A stretch of 64,000 bases of DNA from the human T2T-CHM13v2.0 reference genome, Homo sapiens, in the NCBI RefSeq assembly GCF_009914755.1, contig NC_060933.1, one strand, 5' to 3'. Position 1 is the first letter of the stretch. Every line of letters starts with the position of its first letter. The notes under the pieces are model-generated. The model made no database searches and had not been told where the DNA came from. It saw only the letters and a list, made by a program, of their open reading frames with translations. Made by a program: the position numbers and the translations under genes. This document shows, in pieces, positions 39,041-52,189 of this stretch.

Positions 39041-41131
39041 TTAGCTGTTATCGATACTGCCTGCATTTCGCTGAAACCCAGGGAAGATCCAAAGTAAAGG
39101 GAATTCTAGGGAGAAGGAATTTCACATACAAATGCAGAGACAGGTGGAGGAGCCCATAGATTTGGAAACCCACTAATGAATGTTGCTGGTCGAGAAGGGG
39201 TTGGGTGAGAGTGAAAGCTGAAGGACATGATGCTGGAGATGGGGTAAGCAATGTAATAGGGAGCATTTTTCCTACACTTAAGAGTTTAGGTTTTATACTG
39301 TATACAGGGTGGCATGGAAAGATTTTGAGCAAGAGCAAGATAAAACCAGATCTGACCATGGAAATATGGACTGGGGCAGAGGCTAGGACCTTTGAATGCC
39401 AAGCATAGAAGTGTTTGCAGTTATGTGTAAAAGTATTGGCAAGAGTTAAAAGAAACCCTCTTTTGCCTTTCTCTCTCTGCCTGTCAATCTAACCCATTGA
39501 AATGGAAGGTTTTTGAGTTTATTTGATTTCGGGAAATGATATATTCTTTATGTTTTGTTTTTTTTTTCTCTCTCTCTATCTTCATTTTGCCCCTGGACTG
39601 CATATCATTGCGTGTAGTGGCCTGCAGGTTCTCGGTTTTCACTGAGAAATGTACTTTTGGGGTTGTTGGGCCTGTAAAACATGAAATTAACCAGTGTCAT
39701 ATCTTTCACGCCCTCCTCCCTGCTCACCCAGGAGCCCAAATTTAATTTCACACTGAACAATCTGAGCAGCTGCCATACTCCACAGACAACCAGCACATGG
39801 TTTTGATGGCCACAAGGTGGACACCTCTGTCACCAGGCTCTATGTCAACTCTGGTGCCTCTGTCTTGATGGCAACATATAGCTGATTATCGATTTGGTTT
39901 AAAGCTGCTATAAACTCCCCCAAGACCAACATGATCCATCCCTGAGTATGTGAGTGTTTGCATAGCCATTTACAGCTTGCAAAGCAGCATCCATGCCAGC
40001 CCTCAGGGCAGGGAATGTTATACACATCTTGAAGACTGGGAAACGAAGGCTTTGAGAGATAGCCAAGGCCACGTAGTGAGGTCAACACACTCTCCACCAG
40101 GCCAGTGGTCTTTCAGGCACATGGCAACTCCCTGTGACATCTTCAAATAGGAGGTTTGTAAAGCTAGCAAGGAAAAAACCTAATAAAAAGCCTGTCCCTT
40201 GGTAATTTCCTAAAAATTGAAATTGTCACTATTTTCTCCTTCAACTTCCCCCTTTTTTTGGTCCCCATGATCTTTTCCAATTTTCTAAAAACCATGTAAT
40301 CATTATTCCAATGGCCTTTGTAATATCTTTCTCTTTCACCGTCTCTAGGTCTGGCTTAACAACATTTCTGAGACCCTGACTCTACCAACTTGTACTCTTC
40401 ATCTATAATTCCTTTATCCAGAACATCCGTCTGTTCAAGTCTTTTCCATCTCAGCCTCTGCTCAAATTTCCCATCTACAAAAACGTATTTTCTTGTCCTC
40501 ATCATAATTAACCTCTCCCTATGCCACGGTCCTGTAATCTTCTTGTAATACATCTACTAAAGGTTTCCATGTATTTCACTCTGTAACCATGCAGCCCAAG
40601 GCCCGGGACTTTCCTAGGTCATATTGGATCTCTATGCAAAGCAATATTGTGCATACAGCAGTTACTGGTGTATGCTTTACTTGACACACCAGATAAAAAC
40701 ATATTACTGTGCTTCATCTTTCAGTGTCGGCTGAGTGAGAGGATCTAAATTGATTTAAGAGATTACCTTGGTATGGACATTTAATCTCATGAATAAACCT
40801 GGTAAATGCATCTGATAGGCGCTAATTAGTAATATTCCTCTCAGGCTTTGTTTACATTTTATGTTGCCCACAGCACAGTAAGTTGACAAACTTTGGGTGA
40901 AGGGAGGTTCCAGAGGGAGAAAAGAAGACAAACTTTCCAGTGGTGAAGAATAATGATACAAATGGCATTTTTTAGTTTATCTAGTTTAAAATGTAATTCC
41001 TTCTACATTGTTCTCCCCCAAATAAATTTGTTTTCAATTGCTGTTTGAACTTCTTCTGAGGCAAAGAGGTCAGTATATAATAAAGCATGCCCTCTCATGA
41101 TGGAATCTCATTGTGAGACAAACTTCCTTAA

Positions 41132-41510
<379 letters not shown>

Positions 41511-41526
41511 TAAGTAGTCCTTCCAG

Positions 41527-41603
41527 GACACACACTTTAAAATATCTGAAGACAACACACTTTAAAATATCTAAAGACACACACTTCAAAATATCTAAAG
41601 ACA
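41527..41603. repeat. 24-25-bp minisatellite, ~3.2 copies
   Basis: GACACACACTTTAAAATATCTRAA repeated. Confidence 0.9.
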
Positions 41604-41690
41604 AGTTTTTCTCATTTTTTACTTTCTTTACTCCACCTATTCTACAGAAGTTTACATTGAGTTTCAGAAAGAAGAAAGAACATCCCCAAG

Positions 41691-42043
41691 TGCTATGGTC
41701 TGAATGTCAGTGTCTCCCCCAAATTCATATGTTGGAACCTAATATCTGGTGTGATAGAGTTAAGAGGTGGGACCTTTGGGAAAAGATTAAGTCATGATGA
41801 CTCTCCCTTCATGAATGGGCTTAGTGCCCTTATAAAATAGGATTGAGCAAACTCCCTTGTTCTCTTGTCAGGATTCAGTGAAAAGGTGCCGTCTATGAAG
41901 AACAGACTCTCACCAGACACTGAATCTATGGATACCCTGATCTTGGACTTCTCAGTCTCTGAACTGTGAGCAATATATTTATGTTGTTTTTAAATTGCCC
42001 AATCTAAGGTGTATTGTTATAGCCATAGAAACAGACTAAGACA
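41691..42043 (+). mobile_element. MaLR solo LTR (MLT1A/MLT1A0-like)
   Basis: TG...CA ends; perfect 5-bp TSD CCAAG (41686-41690, 42044-42048). Confidence 0.9.
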
Positions 42044-42109
42044 CCAAGATAACAGAAAGTTCGAGCCAGAACCATTATTCTCGTAGCCTTTCCATTATAC
42101 TATGAAGAG

Positions 42110-42501
42110 TGTGATGTTTTATGTGCCAAGTGCTCACTTGGCTAGGCTATATTATCAAGTTGCAAAATTAAACATTAATGTAAGTGCTTCTATGAAGGTA
42201 TTTAGTAGACGTAGTTAACATGTGCAATCAATTGATTTCAAAGGAGAGTATTCTCCATAACCTGAGCCTCATGCGATTAGTTGAGAACCTTAAGAGCAAG
42301 ACTGTCTTTCAGAGACAGAAGAAATCCCAACAATGAACTGTAGTTTCTATACAAGAATTTCCAGTCTGCTGGTTTTCCAATAGAGAGAGAGAGAGAGATA
42401 CGTGTGTGCATGTGTGCATGTGTCTGTGTGAGCATGTGTGTCCTACTGACTCTGCTTTAGTCTGCTTTCGCTACTTCTGTACTTGAACCCTGACTGATAC
42501 A
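42110..42501 (+). mobile_element. ERVL solo LTR (old MLT2 subfamily)
   Basis: TGTGATG...GAACCCTGACTGATACA; TSD AAGAG / AGGAG. Confidence 0.78.
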
Positions 42502-43525
42502 AGGAGCTTTACTGAAACACTTTAGTATGTAGGGGAGGATTCCAGACCCCAAGACAGGGCTGAAAGTGAAGACATTCATGGAAGGGGAGCCTTTGACTCC
42601 TCTCACCTGCTGCTATGGAAGAAGCTGCTCCTCTAAGCCCAGGGCTGGCCACAGCCACATTGCTGGGATAGCGGCTGCCTTACATCAGAACAGAGTCCAT
42701 GCACTCATAAGACTGTGCGCATAGGGGGAGCCATGCCCTTCCCATGCTCTCAGGAGAGAAGCCACTCTGGCTCCCTCACAAGCAGGCTTTTGGCTCTTCC
42801 TTCTGGTGCACCAGACTGCATCTAGGAGAAAGAGCAGGCCAGACTGCGTTTCTCCCCTAGGCTAATGAGATATATCAGATGCAGGTGACACTTGGGTCAG
42901 GCAAGCACCTGCTCTTCTGTGCCCTGAGGCTTTCTACTAACCTGGGAAGGAATTTGCTGCTGCAGCTTACGCTGGAAAGGTTAGCTGAGAATTTCTTGTA
43001 GTGGTTAAGACTTGGAATGCTTTCAAAACTGCCCCAGGACACCAGTAAGTACAGAATTCACCGGGGATGGGGTTGGAGAGAGGAGGGAATCAGGATTCTG
43101 GAACCAGCACTCTTGTTGTTGGGAGGCAGTTTAGTGGAGTAATGAGACCATTTTTGTATGTGTGTTGGGCTGCATAAGATATATTTTGGATCTCTTACTC
43201 ATTACTTTTGTAACTTCTCTGAAACTCAGTTTCCTTATTTGTGAAATAGGGTTTAAAAAATGCAACTTCTTCATAGGATTTCTGTAAGGGTTAGTTAACA
43301 CATACAAACATGCGTAATACCTATAAACATGTATAACATGTACATTTCCTGGCACATAAGTGCTCAATAAATAAGCATTATTGTTATTGCTATTTTTTTC
43401 ATTCCTAAAACATTTGACTGAGGTTTCATTTGTTCCCAGCCATGATTAGAAATTATCGCCTTAGCAGATAGGATAGTGATGAAGATCATAAGCATTTTCA
43501 TCAAGCAAACTAGGGTCTCTCCGTC

Positions 43526-44391
43526 TGTATTAGGTCACTCGTGCACTGCTGTAAAGAAACACCTGAAGTGTTTCATTTATAAGAAAAGAGGTTTATTAGG
43601 CTCATGGTTCTGCAGGCTGTACAGAAAGCATAGCAACATCTGTTTCTGGGGAGGCCTCAGCATCTTCCTTTTGTGGTGGAAGGCAAAGAGGAAGCAAGCA
43701 TGTCACATGATGAAAGCAGGAGCAAGAGAGAGTGAGGTAGGTGCCATGCACTTTTAAACAACCAGATCTCACAGGAACTCAATCACTATCTTGAGTACAG
43801 CATCAAGGGGATGGTGCTTGTGATGGTTAATACTAAGTGTCAACTTGATTGGATTGAAAGGTGCAAAGTATTGATTGATCCTGGGTGTGTCTGTGAGAAT
43901 GTTGCCAAGAGATTAACATTTGAGTAAGATGGCTGGGAAAGGCAGACCCACCCTTAATCTGGGTGGGCACCATCTAATCAGCTGCCAGCATGGACAGAAT
44001 AAAAAGCAGGCAGAACGTGAAAAGACTAGACTGGTTTAGCCTCCCAGCCTACATCTTTCTCCTGTGCTGGATGCTTCCTGCCCTCAAACATTGGACTCCA
44101 AGTTCTTCAGCTTTGGGTCTCAGACTGGCTTCCTTGCTCCTGAGCTTGCAGATGGCCCATTGCGGGACCTTGTGATCATGTGAATTTAATACTCCTGAAT
44201 CAACTCCCCTTCATATATACATCTATTCTATTAGTTCTGTCCCTCTAGAGAACCCTGACTAATACAGTGCTAAACCATTCATGAGAAATCCACCCCCATA
44301 ATCCAATCGCCTCTCACCAGGCCCCACCTCCAACACTGGGGATTATATTTCAACATGAGATGTGGGTGGGGAAAATATCCAAACTATATCA
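43526..44391 (-). mobile_element. MSTA/MSTB-like MaLR solo LTR, split by MLT2A1
   Basis: TGTATTAGG...AAACTATATCA; TSD CCGTC / CCCTC; the halves join at GTGCT. Confidence 0.88.
43819..44266 (+). mobile_element. MLT2A1-like HERV-L solo LTR
   Basis: TGTGATGGTTAATACT...GAACCCTGACTAATACA, 448 bp; perfect TSD GTGCT (43814-43818, 44267-44271). Confidence 0.9.
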
Positions 44392-44479
44392 CCCTCTTTG
44401 TGACTTTGAGCAAGTAATTTGACTGTTGTCTCTGTTAGTTCATAAGAATATAAGATTAATAACACCTAGGATGTCAACA

Positions 44480-44722
44480 TAACATAATAGGCATAAGGAT
44501 GGGCGCTAGAGTTGAGCTGCCAGAATTTGAATCCCAGCTCTTTTTCTCGATAGCAGTATGGCCTTAGAATCTCTCTTTGCTGCAGTATCCTCATTTATAA
44601 ACTGGAGATAATGATAGTGCCTATCTCACTGGGCTGTCATAGTGACTAAATGTGTTAATACGCATAAAATGCTTAGAAGAGTACCTAGCTCTTAGTAAGA
44701 ACCTGGTAAATGTCAGCTATTC
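44480..44722 (+). mobile_element. MIR SINE
   Basis: 'tttgaatcccagctc...cctcatttataaactggagataatgatagtgccta'. Confidence 0.7.
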
Positions 44723-45279
44723 CCCCTTGTGCTTTGAGTAAGGATTAGATGAGATAGTACCTTTAAATATCTGGTATCCAGCAGGTGCACACTAAAATAA
44801 TAGTGACTGCAGTGGTTGTTATTGCTTACAGTATTGATAATAATAACAAGAACATCATCATATTCTGACTTCTGCAGACCTGACACACTTTCTATAAGGT
44901 AAAGTTTATCTCCAAATCTTCTGTTTTAATCTCTTTTAACTTTCTAGAAACTGATCTGGCTGAGTTTCAGCTCCATGTGTCTTCTCTGTTAAAATATAAA
45001 GTCTTCAGTAACTTCCATCTACAAAATAAAATCCAACTTCTGGGATTTTTGAACCTCAATGGTCTCTTCCTCAATGAGCGTTTCCAGCTTTATTTTCTAG
45101 TCTTATGCTACTCCTCATCTCTTCTCTGCTTTCATTGCACAGTCTGGGTGCCCCCCTCTGCACGCAGGGAGTGTGTGTCTTTTGATGGACCTGAGACTAT
45201 AGTCAACATCAGATCATCCAGTCTGAAATGGTGTCAGCCTGGACAATGGAAGGATCATAATCATAACAGCAGCCAGGCA

Positions 45280-45500
45280 CTGGGTGCCTGCTGTGTACCA
45301 GACCCTGTGCTAAGTACTTTACATGTAGTTGATCCTTTCAATTTAATAGTCCCAGTGACTCCATGAGGCCAGGATCATTAGTGTCTTTTTACAGATGAGG
45401 CATCCAACATTCAGCCTGGTAAAATGACTTGCCCAAGGTGCTGTGACTAGTTTGGGGCTGAGTTGCTGATGAGCTTGATTGTCTTATATCCCTTGCTCCT
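45280..45500 (-). mobile_element. MIR SINE
   Basis: 'ttttacagatgaggc...aaatgacttgcccaaggt'. Confidence 0.75.
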
Positions 45501-45509
45501 TATGCATTT

Positions 45510-45940
45510 TTTAAAACCTTTTATGTAAATATAATGTATATAGAAAAATGGAAATCTCATAAATGCATAGCTTGATAGATTCTTATGAACTGAATATATC
45601 TGTGCACTGAAATCAAGAAAGAGAACATGAACAGCACCCGAAAAAACCTGTGTTATGATCCCTTCTAGTCACTATTTTTCTGATGGTGACCACTATTGCA
45701 ATGTCCATCAATGGGTTATTTTTTCTGTTTTTGTACTTTTCTGTATTTTTTTCTGTTTTCGTACATTATATTTATGTAATGGAATCATTCTGTATGTGTT
45801 CTTTTGTGCCTTAATTCTTTAGCTCAACGTATATGTGTAAGACTCATCCATACTTTTGCTTTCAGTTGTAGGTCGTTTATTCTCATTCTTGTAAAGTGTT
45901 TCACATAGGGTGACTACAAATTCAGTGTTGGATGGATATG
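45510..45940 (-). mobile_element. L1ME-type 3' fragment
   Basis: 'aatcaagaaagagaacatgaacagcacccg...aatggaatcattctgtatgtgttcttttg'. Confidence 0.7.
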
Positions 45941-46119
45941 ACCATGTACAAAGCATCAACAGAGAAAATCTCTGAATCTGAATAAACATCACAATACTTA
46001 ACAAGTGAAAAAATAGGATTGATACTATGAATACAAGCAAGCTACAGTTGTGTTAAAAAGTAGAAAGGGATGGGACAAGCTAACACCCTTCAAGTTCAAT
46101 ACTTGATACATGTAGCATC

Positions 46120-46368
46120 ATTTTTAAATTTTATAATAAAACACTTGATGTGAGATCTATGATCTTAACAAATTTTTAACTGCACGATAGGTTAGTGTTA
46201 ACATTAGGAGTTACCATGTTGTGAAGCAGATCTCTAGAGCTTGTGCATCTTGCTTAACTGAAACTTTGTGTCTATCAGTTGGTGACTGCCATTTCCCTGG
46301 AAACCAGCACGCTGCTCTTTGATTCTATGAGTTTGACTATTTTAAATATATCATATAAATGTATTATA
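46120..46368 (-). mobile_element. L1MA8-10-like 3' end
   Basis: 'gcagatctctagagcttgtgcatcttgcttaactgaaactttg...ctatgagtttgactatttta'. Confidence 0.75.
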
Positions 46369-47844
46369 TTAAAGACTGTGTCTAATTCAGAGCCCAGCAG
46401 CTCCTGCACATGAATATGAATTCTGAAGTATTTCAGAGAACTTCCTTAGAAAGATACAGGCCCCAAATTAGGCATGGAGTAAATTGTTTATGCTCAACAG
46501 TCAAAGATCCCCAACGCTGCTTACTACTCTGGTTTCACTGACTTTCTAACCTTCATGATTTGGACATTACCTATTTCCTTCTGAGCTGGACACGAGACCA
46601 TGGGCTGCCTAAACATGTAGCTCCTTCTACAAACATCCTGTTCAGTGGACTTTAAGTATCCCTTTAATTATTTTGGTGTATTAGTGTAGTTTCCAATGTT
46701 CCAGATAGTGCTGCTACAAACATCCTAGTACCCATAAATGTATTTCTGGCCTTACACCAACTAAATCTCTGTATTCCATTTGATCTAAATGTTGGAGCTT
46801 ATGAGGACCAAGCTGCATGCACATTCTCCTTCTAGCAAGCAGGAAAATGGGCATACGCTTGCATGCAAGTTGTATTCCTTTATTGCATCTGACAAGGAGC
46901 AAACTCTGGAAGAAGTTAAACCTGGTGGCTAGTTACTATCACAAGGATCACCTCAGTGTCAATTAGATTAAGCAGAAAGAGCCTGTTTTGGCATTTGCTT
47001 ACCTCTTAGACAGAGTCCTAAATTATCCCCATTTAACAGGTGAATTTAGGGGATGTTTTTACTGTTCACTCAACTGCAGGCCTATCAGAATGTACTTTTA
47101 TTCAATAATGAGGACATTTCTTGTTTGCAGAGTAGTTTCTAATTTAGGAGGCAGTTGTTACAAGTGTTTGTAAATGTAATATGCACACCCTTGCATATTT
47201 TTATCAGTACTCCCTATGCTGATTTTACAGACCAGGAAACAGGCTCAGAGGTGCAGCTGTTGCCCAAGATTACAAGCCAGGCATTTTATGTAGTTCCAGT
47301 GGCCATAAGTGTCCTTTTAAAGACTAAAGCAAGGTATTTTGGCTTGCCTTTTGCCTAAAACAAGCTATGTATCTGGGTGCCTACATAATTCTGTAGACAA
47401 GGAGATTATCTGGTGATTCTTACCCTAAAGAAAAAAAAAATGGGGCTCAAGTCATCTCTCTCATGCTACACAGAAATGTGGGTCCTTCATCAGCCACCCA
47501 ATTATCTCTCAGCAGCTATTTGTATGCCAGGATGGCCCTATGACATCCTTTAAGAACAAGTTAAAGGGAAACTGCAAATATACAAACTATAGTCCATCAA
47601 AATTAGGCTGAACTACCTGATCCTACATCCTTAATTCCCCAAGTCCCATTACTTCTGGTACTTAGTTTTAGAAGCCACCTTTCTCAACTTGAGCTTTCTT
47701 TCTTTTCTGAATCTTAGTAATTGATCGAGCTTTACCCTTGACTGTGCCCATGTCTCCCAAGGAATGTTCCACTTCTCTGGTAAGCATCCGGGTTTGAGCT
47801 TTGCCAGCCTCTACTCTTCTGCCTGTTAACAGACTGGGGAAGAC

Positions 47845-47971
47845 TTTCTTTTTTTTTTTTTTTTTTTTTTTTGAGACGGAGTCTCGCTCTCTCACCCAGT
47901 CTGGAGTGTAGTGGCGTGATTTCGGCTCACTGCAAGCTCTGCCTCCGGGGTTCATGCCATTCTCCTGCCTC
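47845..47971 (-). mobile_element. 5'-truncated AluY (3' part of right arm only)
   Basis: Y-diagnostic 'ctgcaagctc' and 'ttcatgccattctcc'; 24-T tail. Confidence 0.9.
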
Positions 47972-48191
47972 GAGGTTGGGGAAAAGTTAAGTCTCTTCTC
48001 TGTGAGAAAATTTCGGTTCTGCTTACAACTATCCCTTCTGTCTACACCTTTGGTGAAGTGGGTTGCCTTTCTGTTTGATGAGAGCAAAGTTTGATTTTCT
48101 AATTTTTCCAATGGGATGACTGTGGTATCCTTTCCATTTGGTATCTAAAATAGAAGATTTGCTCTTTGACCAAAAACTGAATTATTGATAT

Positions 48192-48411
48192 CAAGGATTG
48201 GCAAACTTTTAAATAAAAGGCCCAGATAGTAAATGTTTTAGGGTTTTTTGAGCCATTTGATGTCTGTTACAGCAACACAACTCTGCCATTGTAGCATAAA
48301 AGCAATCATACACAATATGTAAATGAACGAGTATGTTTGTGTCCCAATGAGATTTACAAAAACAGGCAATAGGCCAGACTTGGCTTGCAAGCCATTGTTT
48401 TCAGACCCCTA
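48192..48411 (+). mobile_element. MER58A (hAT-Charlie MITE)
   Basis: 'ttggcaaacttt...ccagatagtaaatgttttag...caactctgccattgtagc...gacccct'. Confidence 0.85.
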
Positions 48412-48654
48412 CTCTATAGGACCAATTCTGTTTAGAGAATCCTACTACCAATTTACCACAAGCCAGAATATTCCAAAGATTCGTTAGAACATCTGATATT
48501 TGACAGCAGGGTCGAATGGCCATGTTAATTTCTCTTCATCTCTCAATCTCACATGATAGGTAGCAGGCTGGGTCAATAAAGCTTCAGCATGATTTTTCTA
48601 CATTGATTTTAAAGGGGAAGAAATGTTAAGGGCAATATAGGGTAAGGAGAAATT

Positions 48655-49233
48655 TAAGATGCTTTGAGCTGCAATGAGAAAGCTTGACTAAGTGGCTTAC
48701 CCAAAAAGACTTCTATGATTCATATAATTAGACTAGAATCAGTTGACCTCAGGAATGGTAGAGTGGCTCTAAGCTTGTCTTCAAGGACACAGGAATTTAT
48801 TTGCTCTGCCATCCTCACCATATTAGCTTCTCATTGGCTTCTCATCTGTCACCTCCTAATTGCAGGATTGAGGTAGAACCTCCAAGTGTCACATCCTCAC
48901 AGGTCTGTGTCCAAAGTATGAAGGGAGGGAATTGAGCAAAGGACCATCCCCCTATGTAGATTTATCTTTTATGAGAAATTAAAATGTTTCCCCAAGAGTT
49001 CTCCCAAAAGACTTTGCCTCATATTAGCCAGAATTAGATGACATTCTCACCTCTAACCAGTCACTGGAAAAAAGAATAGGGATGGCTCAATGGTCTAGAA
49101 CAATTATGATTCATCCTCTATGACTATGTACATTCTCCTGAATGAAACTGGGTGTTGTATTCAAGGAAGCAGGGGAGGAGGAGGAAGGGATGTGGGGATG
49201 GCTGATGGGTAGACACCTAAGGTTTCAGACTAC
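48655..49233 (-). mobile_element. Old MaLR LTR (MLT1L-like)
   Basis: 'gctctgccatcctc...tagccagaattagatgacat...ctaaccagtcactgg'. Confidence 0.55.
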
Positions 49234-49354
49234 AAAGAATGAGGAAAATGCCAAAACCCTCTGTGAGGGTTGTGGCATGCAGGGCCTGCTGGGTGGTATG
49301 AGGGTGAGGTATTACCTTGAATTCGAGCTCTGTATAAAACATGATTCTCAGTCA

Positions 49355-49559
49355 CAGTGGTTCTCAAACATTAGTATTCCCAAGAATCACCAGGGGCCCT
49401 TGTTGAAATGCAGTGTCCCGGACCCCTTCTCTAAGAATTTGGATTAAATAGTGCTAGAGCAGGCCAGGAATACATTTTTGAACAAGTCCTCCAGGAGACG
49501 TTGATCTCCAGGAGATGAAGCAAGTAGTCTGCTGCTCATATTGTGGGAATCAATCACTG
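49355..49559 (+). mobile_element. MER5A/MER5B-like hAT MITE
   Basis: CAGTGGTTCTCAAAC...'agaatcacc'...CACTG. Confidence 0.75.
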
Positions 49560-50392
49560 AATGATCTTGAAGCTTTGAGAGTGATGCATAGGATAGAAAC
49601 AACAGTCATTTTAAACTTCCAGTTTTTCTTAAGAGCAAAGATGCAAATATGTAAATACTAGGGGCACAGAGCTGCCCTTTGTGCTGAGACAGAAGTAGGA
49701 TTGGGCCTCTTTGACCACAAGACTGTTAAGCCAAGATGCCTCCTATCAAGTTTATCTCCTAGTATGCATATATAGAGCTGCAAGGCTTAATATGAAATCA
49801 AGAGAATGTATGTAAACATAGTTTCTAAGCTATCTTATATTTCACATAGACTCCAGAGAAGCTTGAGTTTGATCCTTAATATTATGAATTTGGACAATAG
49901 CCTAAACCTCTGAGCTTCAGTGTCTACTTAAGTGAAACAGAGAAAAAAATTTTCTATGTCATATCATAGGATGATATCTTAAAAATTATTGAGAAAAAAT
50001 ATTCATGTAAGTAAATTATCATGGTGCTGGGAACCTCTAAATATTCAATAAATGCTAGCACTCATTACCATCTTTGTCTTCATCATATTGGTAGTAGTGG
50101 TGATGGTTTTATTAATATTTACACATGTTTGTAGTTATTAAGATTACCTTAGCAATTTTCTCATTTGCAGATGTGAAACGGGTACCAGCTATGTAAAATA
50201 ACTTGTCAAATTTACTAAATTAGTTGGCTGAATTGAGTCTTGAGCCCAACTTGATTCTTGATTTTGTAATCAAGTTTTCTAATAATCTACATGCTAAATT
50301 CATAATAAGCAAATGTGACCCAGTTTCCTGGCACAAGTTAAGAAAGCACCCAACTCTAGGGAAGACTGTTTTATTTCAGCCCCCACATTTTC

Positions 50393-50452
50393 CTTCTCTC
50401 TCTCTTTCTCTTTCTCTCTTTCTTTCTCTCTCTTTCTCTGTCTGTCTCTCTC
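50393..50452. repeat. (TC)n/(TTTC)n polypyrimidine tract
   Basis: Direct inspection. Confidence 0.85.
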
Positions 50453-51169
50453 ATCAACTTGTGCCCTGACCATTATGCAGAAGGCTTACTAGGGTAATTA
50501 AAAAGGGGAGTCAAGGTGCTTATTGGTGGGACCAGGAGACAAGTCGATGTGGCTCAATCTGCTGGGAATTGACTGCAATCAATTTCTTCAATGGCCTGTC
50601 CAAAGCTGTAGTTGTAAAGCATTCAGTGGGCTGATCAATGGTGGCCTTGAGTGCAGCTGGAGGGAGAGACAAAGCAGTGGCAGCAGCCCGGGCAGTCTGC
50701 AATCAGCAGGCCAGCCCAAGTCCAAGGTCAGCCTCCAGATCCTTTTCCCATCTCTATACAGCTCCCTGTCAGAAGTGTCAGAACAAGATGGGGCAGCTGA
50801 AAACACATGAGAAACATTCCTGGAAGCTCTGGAGAAAAGAAAACTCATTTGCTAAAGATAATAAAAATAATAATAATCTCATATTCATCATCATAACCAT
50901 AATGGCAGTGGTTGTAATAATGACAGGGCACCTGATTTTATCTTCTGCTCTCTGAACGTGAAAGTACATCTCTATATCCAAATGAAAGTCATTTAAGGGC
51001 CATAGTTTTGCAGCAAATGGAATTCATCACATTTAATAAAATGTTAATTGATGCAGAGGAAGGAAGGCTAGTCTTTCTAGTTTTGTACATTTGTTCAGGC
51101 AATAAAGAAATAGTCAAGCATTATGATGTTATAGCTCCTAGTATGAATTGCATCTTGCACATAGTAGGT

Positions 51170-51660
51170 GCTATTTTTTTAAATATGCAAGGCACTGTGT
51201 TATGTATTGTTTATAAATGAGAAATAAATAAAATACGCCCCCTGCTCTCAAGAAATTCACATTCTAAAAGTGGCATGAGTTTAAATGTGGAGTTACGGTG
51301 ATAAAGATATGAACCAATTTATTAATGAGAAAGAGGAAGGATGGATTAATTCTGATGGGGTTAGGAAGCGAAATGGATGGGGGGTACCTTGAGCTCTGAT
51401 TTGAAAATTTGATATAATTTCTCTTGGTAGAAAAAAAAACATTCAAAGCAGAGAGAAAAGCACAAAGCTAAGAGAGTATACAGCAAGTTTTCTCGGTGGC
51501 AAGTAGTCTCTTGTGCTTAGTATACTGGGTGCTTGAAGAAAAAGTTACCAAAAAAATCTGAAAAAGTGGGTAGGAGCTTAGAAGAGAAGGGTTCTTGTTT
51601 TACGCAAAAAATTTATGTATCATCTTTGTTCATCCATTGACCAATGGAAACAGCTAAAAT
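51170..51660 (-). mobile_element. L2 LINE fragment
   Basis: 'atgcaaggcactgtgt...ccctgctctcaagaaattcacattcta'. Confidence 0.55.
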
Positions 51661-51749
51661 TTCTTCATAGAAGAACGTCCAGTTCTTATCTGAAGTTGTA
51701 TCTTTTTAACAGAAGAGAGAGAAGTCAACAAATTATAAAGAACAGACAA

Positions 51750-51995
51750 TATGACCGAGGCTCTTAAGAGCACTGATTTTGGAATCAGAGAGATCTGGCT
51801 TAAATCCTGGTTCTGTCCTTTCGAGCTAAGTGACAATGGCAGGTCAATTAACCTTCTTGAGGCTCAATTTCTTCATCTATAAAATGGGGACAAAATGCCT
51901 CTCTATTGGGTAGTTGTGAGAGTTGAATACAATATTTTAGCAGAGTCCTTGGCATCCTATAAGATTTTGATAGATGTTACATGCCATTATTATTA
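51750..51995 (+). mobile_element. MIR SINE
   Basis: 'ctcaatttcttcatctataaaatgggga'. Confidence 0.75.
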
Positions 51996-52189
51996 ACTTC
52001 AAATACCTTCTCCATGTTTCCTTTCTGAACCTTTCTTCCACTTCTTTTGACATCTCTTTGAATACTTTAGTACCTTGAATTAATTTTAGACATAATGATG
52101 GACTATTATAAGAGCTATTTTGGTTTGGAGGGACTTTCCCCTCACCTTTCTGAATACACCACCAGCTGAATATCATATATCATATAAAG

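Noticed and set aside
39808-39825. CTCF-like TGGCCACAAGGTGGACAC
   Set aside because: It lacks the strongly conserved C after GG; similar partial matches at 286-298 and 935-947 are also off-consensus.
41527-41603. Repeat array as CRISPR-like
   Set aside because: Head-to-tail tandem units with no spacers, in eukaryotic DNA.
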